The notes beneath the pieces are model-generated. The model made no database searches, had not been told where the DNA came from, and worked only from the letters and a program-made list of their open reading frames with translations. Made by a program: the position numbers and the translations under genes. DNA of 63,889 nucleotides, filler included, from Hyphochytrium catenoides (lineage: Eukaryota; Protista; Hyphochytriomycota), in NCBI GenBank assembly GCA_900088475.1. It is 7 parts of 7 records of this genome, joined end to end, with 100 filler letters (N's around TTAATTAATTAA, not from the genome) between each part and the next. Parts side by side here need not be neighbours in the genome. Positions count along the whole stretch, not along the records: positions 54,582 to 61,240 come from FLMG01000077.1; positions 61,341 to 62,611 come from FLMG01004269.1; positions 62,712 to 63,889 come from FLMG01002101.1; 4 more parts are not named here. One strand, 5' to 3'. Below, one piece after another: positions 56,909 to 63,889 of the stretch. The first letter of the stretch is position 1. Each line of letters starts with the position of its first letter.

Positions 56909-57501
56909 GTCAGTACGGGCAAACATTCGGAATGAGGGAAGGTTTGGTGAGCATGATGGCAATGTCAAGAGCTCTCGCCAGCTGGGACACTGGAAGAGGG
57001 CACGGACCAATAGCATAGGCGGATAGAACGATGAGGCCAAGGTGCTATCCAATAACAAGGGAACGGTGATGCTGGAGACAGAGATCTGCTGGGAGGGTCC
57101 CAAGTGCAGAACTTTTAATTCTTTGTCTTTCCCTTCCGTTGCATAAAGAGCTTCGTCAGGTGGACCAAAGGCTTCTGAAAGAAGTCTCAGCTGCTGCTCT
57201 GGCTGCCACCTTAAGAGTCAATGCTCTTACAAGAAAGAAGCTGATGGGTTCAAGGGCAGCCGTCGGCTGCTAGTTTCTTAGTTTAGGCCGAAGCAAAAAC
57301 AGCGCACGTCTTCCCGTGCCTTCCTCCTTTGATTCTTGTTCGCCAGCCTCCTGTCGTCCTGTGCTATCAGCTGAAGGTCTCCTGTCTATATATGTGTCTT
57401 CACATCTAGTAGCTAATAGGTCAAGAAAAGCTTGTCTTAACCGCGTCCACTTCCTGGCGCTCGTCCCTTACTATCTGCACCCTGTCTGTATATGCAACTT
57501 C

Positions 57502-59050
57502 TCATCCTAAGAACTTGGTGTGTCTCCCAGTGGCAACAACTTTCCCATCCTTCTTAGTTCTAATCTCTACTTCTGTGAAGCCCAGCATTTTTCCTGTCTT
57601 GAGTACCCTATCAAAAATCAAGACAGCGGAGCTTAGCAAACGGGTACAGACAAGAGAGTTACGTACGAAGGATCTATCACGACAAAGTACATGATAATCT
57701 TTGGACACACAGAAGAAACAGCACGGGCAGAATTTTCCTCTGGCCGCTCTCGGGGTTCTCTCCAGGAGCCTGATCCTACCGGCCAGTAATTTCAAGCTCT
57801 TCTCCTGACTTGGCTGCTATGAGGTACGAGACATTTAGATCGACAGAAACGCCTGGACGGGTTGGATCCAAGGTCAGAAGGGCTAGTGTCCCAACAATGT
57901 CAACCAACGTCGCAGCAGCACCGCCATGGAGTGTGCTGTAGGGGTTCTGTGGGTATCATGACAACGTTAGACAAACGCATGCTTAGTTAACATTATCAGC
58001 AAGAGCGACATGCGGATCAGCTAAACGTCGACAAACCAGGAAGGCTAATGGCAGAAGGTACTCACGGGTAAACCCCCCAAAACAGTGACGCAAATGACAG
58101 GCATACCGAGATAGAGTTGAGAAAAGGAATCGTGAGATAAGACTTGCGTGCAGCCAAGCAAGCACCGTATAGTTAGCTAGGTAGTAATTCGAGGGGATAC
58201 TATGAGGAAAATCACGGGTAAGGAGAGAGAGCGCCAACCTGTAACTTCTCTTCCACGGTTAGGCTGCATGTGACGTTTCCGGAGCTGAACGATGTGACTT
58301 TCAGTCCAGAAATGGCCGAGTCAAAGCGTCCAGGCTTATGAATGAACTTTCCTGTGGACACAAGGAGGTTACGTGACAGCAAAAGAGTGAAAGCAAAGGC
58401 GCATTGAATTGGACAAAGGAGTCTACGAGAGCCGGAGACTAAAAGAGAATCAATAAAAAATAGAAAGAAGGGTTTGAGGTCTTACCTAGAAGGGCATTGA
58501 CTCCAGCTACTGATGCCTTCTCTATAAAAGACATACCCTGACGGTCGGAGTCCTTGGCAGAATCTGGGAGTTAGATGGTGGTGAGTTACGTCAGAAGGGG
58601 AATGTGTGAGACTTGGGACACATGCCAAAGACAAGGGGCAGATAGTTAGCGTCATCGGAGAGATATATATACTGAGGAGCGGGCCAAAACGGAGCACAGT
58701 GGGGTTAGGAAAGACGAGAGTGCAGCTTCTATTGTCAGACAGAGACAGAGTAAAGTAACAGGTAAGACACAGGAAATCTTGGAGCTTGGCACATGCAGAG
58801 CAGCCGTGAAGAGGTAACGGTGACCATCAGCAATCAGCGCAAAGGAGTGATGAGAGACAGAGGGAAAACCTTTACCTCCTACGACGGTAGATGAAGAAAA
58901 GTTCCTCCCTTGAGACCGTGCGATCATAGAGCTGGGTAAAGCCCGAATCTTCAATCCGGACGACCGGCAGCTGAAGGGCCTCGACCTTAAGCCAACAGCA
59001 GCTCTAAAAGCCCTCAGTCCCGCATGACAAGCGGTAGCGCTAGCCCTCAT
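57502..59050 (-). CDS. ACOT13: Hotdog-fold acyl-CoA thioesterase (ACOT13/THEM2/PaaI-like) with a probable mitochondrial presequence; 5 exons
   Basis: Arg/Ser/Ala-rich, acid-free N-terminus. Spliced core GRFDSAISGLKV...CSLTVEEKLQ/NPYSTLHGGAAATLVDIVGT...PGVSVDLNVSY...GR/VLKTGKMLGFTEVEI...VATGRHTKFLG*. Confidence 0.92.
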
Positions 59051-61240
59051 CTCGATGTGCTGGCCTTCCTCACGAGCTCAACAAGCAAACTGGACAAGGA
59101 TGGAGGTGTCGCTATCTCAGCAAGGCCCTTCTCCTCCTCGCTTAACGATCTGTATATTCTGTTTGCGTTGTAAAAGAAACTCTTATTCTTTACTAGACTT
59201 TCGAATCCTAGCAATCTCCTCGGAGGACGAAGCTCGTTGTCCGTCTTCTTCCTCTTCTCTTTCTCTGCACTTATCACTGTCGGTCGTCTGCTGCTGGACC
59301 CGCCACTTTCTCATCTTCTGCGTCATCTCTCATCATCGTCATCAAGGCCGCGACCTGTCCTCCGTCCCAGTGGCGGCAGATTAAGAAGAAGTCTCAACAG
59401 ACCATCCCCACGTCGGGTCTGACCCTCGCGGACTGTCGTGACAAATGTCCGTTAACGGCTATGATGAAAACTTGGCTTGTTGGATCGTTCTTCTTCTTCA
59501 TTGTTTTTTTGTGCTTTTCTTCTTGATGATGATTGATAGATTGTTACCGAGGAGTTGATTGGTCGGCACTCCTGATGATGCGTTGATAATAAGGAGGAGG
59601 AACGATAGTTGACGCGTCAGGTAGCATAAGGGTCGTCTCTTGGTGCTGTCACTTTCTTCGGCCCTGTGAGAGAGATGATGATGAGTGGCAGCAGTCAATA
59701 AATGCGTCAGTCCTTCCTCCTCCTCTGCTGTTAGTATTAGGAGTTCATCATCAACCACCAGTTTTGAATACGAGGTTCCCACCACTTCGACTGCTTAACT
59801 TCCCCGTCTGTGCAGGGTTGTTATTAGTTATCACTCAGCACCATAAAGAGAAAGGAAGGCACCTTCATGGTTGATCGGAAAGAAGGGAAGTTGCTCCTCC
59901 TACACCTCGTACTAGGAGGTGAAGCCACCCAAAACTACTACTGCTACCACGTGCACTGTGAGCTACTGCAACCATCCGACCATCTCTTCCCCTCCATCAT
60001 CCTCCTCCTCAATGGCGAATGATTCTTCAACATCATTATCCTCTATTATGTTGGTATTATTTCTCGATGACAGCAAGAAGACGTCCGCCAAATACTGGCT
60101 TGTCTAAACATTTTTGGCTTTCCTAGTTAACAACACCAAGAACCAATGGGCCAAACTTAAGATATTCCTCCTCCTAGACCACGGCAGAGGCTACAAGGCA
60201 GAAAAGAGTATACAATGCAGACAGCATGAAAAGATGAACATCACTTGGTTTTTATCGTCTGTCACACCTGCTACCTGCTCCATTCGTTGATGTGCAACAA
60301 ACTATAGTCTAGATCCTACTCGCTGTTGTTGTTGTTTTTTCTACTCGTTGTTTGAGAGAAGAATTGAAGCTTTAAGAACGAGGAGGAGGAAAACCCCGTT
60401 TCTTCACCACCAATAATAGGTGACAGTAAACAGAGGAGTAGACAACAACTACTAGAGAGCTTGGTCCATCTTCTGGCGTCGTTGTCCCCACTACTTGTTC
60501 CATGATGGCGACTGCCTGTTGTATCCTCCCTCACGCTCACTGCGTCTGCCATAGCAGAAGAGCTGGACTGATGATGGCAGGTCCAACAGTAGTTCTTAAC
60601 AAAAAAAAAGACAGACTGTTTGTCGGCTCCTCTTCTTTCCTTCCTTCCTTCGCGTTGCCTCGTCTCGTCGACCTCTTCTCTTTGCGAGCCAAGAAGGAGC
60701 AAGAAGCTATTCTGACATCAGAAGAATCGCGGCCTCTCTGGAAACCGTTTCATCATCATCCATCGATATTATCGTCGTAACATGTCCAAGTAAGGAGCAG
60801 ACCCTGCAGGCTTTATAAGGCTTGGCTTGCAGGGCGGTCGTTCTCTCGACGAAGCTCTATACTTTCTAAAGTGGCCCCTCCTCCTCCTAGTCGCACGAGT
60901 ACAGCTGTACAAGTTCGATTCCGCAGGCAGTACGGCTTAACAGTACCAAGAGGGATCTACACGAAACTATTGAGTTCTGTAACCCTCTTTTGACAGTAGT
61001 AAAACAGTAGTGCGCCCCTAACTACAGGAAGTCTCAAGGAAGTATGACTTGCTGCCCGAATTGCCTACTGCCGACCTCTCATTGGGCTATTACTACTGAC
61101 CATTAGCAGGATAATGCCCGTTAGATTGGTGGGCATATTATTATTAGCCGAATGTAGATGTTTTAATGCTGGACGTGCAGAATGCCAGCAGAGAGAAGAG
61201 AAACGGAGAGGAAGGCGAGAGGAGAGACTGCCATGAGATG

Positions 61241-61340
61241 NNNNNNNNNNNNNNNNNNNNNNNNNNNNNNNNNNNNNNNNNNNNTTAATTAATTAANNNN
61301 NNNNNNNNNNNNNNNNNNNNNNNNNNNNNNNNNNNNNNNN
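61241..61340. other. Artificial contig-joining spacer
   Basis: N-TTAATTAATTAA-N, 100 nt. Confidence 0.97.
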
Positions 61341-61680
61341 GCGATAGTGCAACTCTCGGGCTGCCCGCCTTTCAGAGTTTCTGAAGATAGAGAAAAGAAA
61401 ACGGAGTAAGAGAGAGAGAGAAAGAGGAAAAGACAGGATAATAGGAGAGAGAGAGAGAAAGGAAAGAAGAGAGAAGAGAAGAAGTGTTAGAGAGAGAGAG
61501 AGAGAGAGAGACGATGCAGGATGATGGAAGAGGCGATGACTGAAGGCGGTTCAGCACAAGGAGAAACAGAAAGAAAGATGGACAAAAAGGAAACCAAGAC
61601 AGAGAAAGCAAGCAGAAGTACGAGGCCTCCTTTTCATAGAAAGAGACATAGTAAACAGAAAGAGAAAGAGAGAGACGCAC

Positions 61681-62611
61681 TTCTTCCTCCTGGTCAGCAT
61701 CTTCTCCGTCTCATCGAAGAGCTTCCATATGACACTGAGCTTCTTGCTATAGGAGAGAGAGAGAGAAAAGGGAAGATAACCAGGTTGGTAGCTCTCTTCT
61801 CTGTTCATGAAAACAGCATGACCACGCCTTGGGCGACCGAGACAGAACGTGCCCTGGGATGAGAAAGGAAGAAAGAAGGAGGTCAAAAATGAGGTGCTCG
61901 CTGGACCGTCTCTCCTTTCCAGGACGCACCTTTGAAGGACAGAGCAAAGAGAGAGAGAAAGGAAAAAAAAAGGGAAAGAGGAGAAGGGGCGGGGAAGGGC
62001 GGACAAGCGAGAAGAGAGAGAAGAAGCGGGGCGGAGATTTGATGACCGACAAAAAAGAGAGGGAGAAGAGATAGCGATGCAAAAAAGACAAAGTCTCATT
62101 AAGCCGCAAGAAAGCTGTGCCCAGCCGTGGTAAACAATGATAGCGATAGGAGATGGTAGACCAGGCAACAGACGAAAGCTCTGTTCCATCCGAGGAAGAG
62201 ACAGATCCAGCTACGGAGAGCCAATGGGAGAGAAGAGAGAGGGAGAAAGAGAGGGAGAGGTGAGGAAGAGAGAGGGAGAGAGAGAGAGAGAAGCAGAGAA
62301 AGAAAGAGAGAGAGAGAAAGAGTCTCAGTTGGTGTCCAACCTCGTAAGTAAAGTCAGAGTCGGGAACATGAAACTTTGCCTCTTCTTCTAGAGAGGCATT
62401 CTCCTGCTCTCTCTGTCTCTCTTGTTGATGTGTTTCTCCTTCTTCCTCTACATCTTCTGTCTCTATTTCGTCCTCTCTCTTATCCTCCATCTCTTCTTTC
62501 TTTCGTGTCTCTCTTTGCTTTCTTTCTTGTCTTTTTGCGGTTCCACTCCGCTCAGAAGCCTTGACGTTTCCATAGTAGAAAACTCCTCGGCCATGGAACA
62601 AGTCATCAGAG
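61681..62611 (-). CDS. Internal fragment of a hypothetical multi-exon gene with an acidic/charged insert
   Basis: Exon SDDLFHGRGVFYYGN...(E/K/R-rich)...SDFTYE|GTTGG, then candidate exons near 62211-62163, 61854-61785 and 61748-61681 (KKLSVIWKLFDETEKMLTRRK), separated by CT-rich introns. Truncated by the contig ends. Confidence 0.45.
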
Positions 62612-62711
62612 NNNNNNNNNNNNNNNNNNNNNNNNNNNNNNNNNNNNNNNNNNNNTTAATTAATTAANNNNNNNNNNNNNNNNNNNNNNNNNNNNNNNNN
62701 NNNNNNNNNNN
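62612..62711. other. Artificial contig-joining spacer
   Basis: N-TTAATTAATTAA-N, 100 nt. Confidence 0.97.
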
Positions 62712-63796
62712 TCTCTCTCTCTCTCTCTTTGTGCGTCTCTATGTTAGAGATGACACAAGGAAGGACACGACAGCCCTGGTTGCCATCATTGAAACTCAAT
62801 CTCTGTCACTCTGTTTTTCATTGGTCTTGAGCTCTTAAACCCCTTTATCCCAAACACTCTCGCGGGTAGGACACACCTAGTGCCTGCTCTGTCTCACCGC
62901 ATTCTTGCTGTTGATGGTGAGCCTCGCATCAGATGACTACCCGGCCGTATTACTATGACTAGAGCGCCAACTGGAGGAGATTATATGGCAAGCATCCGTA
63001 TCTATTTCCCATCAGGTATTACCACTCCGCCACAGTTCTTACCAGGAAAAATGTAAGGCGCAAAGAGCTTTTCCGGGGGCAACCGGGAAAGTCAAAATTT
63101 TCTCAATGGCCCTTTCCGGTAATACGCCATTCGACTCCAGGCATTGAACATATGGGATTTGCGTTGTAGTAATATTCCTCTCAGTGTGTGGTGCTTGTAG
63201 TGGTGCCAAAGGACACCGCCGTCTCAGAAAAGGCAGCCTTCCTGAAGGTTTCCATAAGAAACATTTCGCACAAAGCTTCAGCTATACGTATTATGTAGCC
63301 CCGTGTCCATTGCTTTCGTTTCCTGAAAGCTTCACATCACTTTTAACGATGATCCTAAATTCGTAAAGCTCACGTTTCCTTCTTAGGAGTGAGGAAGATG
63401 AGGAAAGGGCCAAAAGACCCATTCTTAGTTTGCCCCCTGTTCTTGTCCCTCCTTGTGAAAATGGAGGGAGGGTTGTCAGTCAAGGAATACAACAAATATC
63501 CGATTTTAATTATTGAAGACCGGGACTATGTAGTTCTACGTTTGTTCTCGGAGCCTTTTTTCCCAATTATAATAAAGGGCTTGCATAATAAAGGGCTTGC
63601 AATAATCACTAATAAGGCTTACCTCCTACTCCACTTGTTCGTAGAGTTGTTGCACAAGTCGGAGATTCATGATGATGATGTGGGTGCTCTCATTTATTAT
63701 GATGATAGAAGAATAGATTCTGCATCCGGAAGCACGAGCTATCGATCTCGATGGCACTTCTAAATAATACGATCACAATGGGGCATAATTATCGAC

Positions 63797-63889
63797 ACCC
63801 GTACAGGTCCGACCCGTACGGAACTAGCCGCTCAACGGAAAGCTTACCCGGTAACGCACGTACGGGTGAGACCGGTAACCCTTTACCCG
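63797..63889. repeat. Cluster of short ACCCG(TAC) direct and inverted motifs, resembling DNA-transposon subterminal repeats
   Basis: ACCCGTAC at 63797 and 63812, inverted GTACGGGT at 63860, and TTACCCG twice. Cut by the window end. Confidence 0.5.

Noticed and set aside
58532-58883. Apparent frameshift between the ACOT13 presequence exon and the next exon
   Set aside because: The upstream acceptor CTAACTCCCAG| (exon starting 58563) restores the frame: VVG-D-SAKDSDRQGMSF.
62340-62611. MORN-repeat call for FHGRGVFYYGN
   Set aside because: There is only one partial match, and the most consistent exon chain downstream gives no further MORN repeats.

Overview
This is eukaryotic, intron-rich genomic DNA, probably from a stramenopile protist (inferred from the RPS21 sequence; unverified). 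The window is seven assembly pieces joined by artificial 100-nt N-TTAATTAATTAA-N spacers, so blocks on either side of a spacer need not be neighbours. Gene-rich pieces are saturated with (GA)n/(CT)n microsatellites, which produce most of the spurious SLSLSL/RERERE ORFs in the ORF track. Spliced genes reconstructed by hand, with GT-AG introns at every junction I could read: peroxisomal ABCD3/PMP70, cactin, RPS21, a PTP-fold pseudophosphatase, CCDC25, a Cys-rich mucin-like GPI-type surface protein, an EF-hand mitochondrial carrier, a SNF1/MARK-type kinase and an ACOT13-like thioesterase. There is also an intronless RING-H2 gene, several hypothetical genes, and relics of piggyBac, PIF/Harbinger and possibly LTR/hAT elements. 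The two best leads are (1) a chimeric carrier joining an ATP-Mg/Pi-carrier-type four-EF-hand Ca2+ domain to a succinate/fumarate (SFC1)-type transport domain, and (2) a recurrent intron architecture with (GA)n after the 5' splice site and complementary (CT)n before the 3' splice site, which could fold back and bridge the splice sites.
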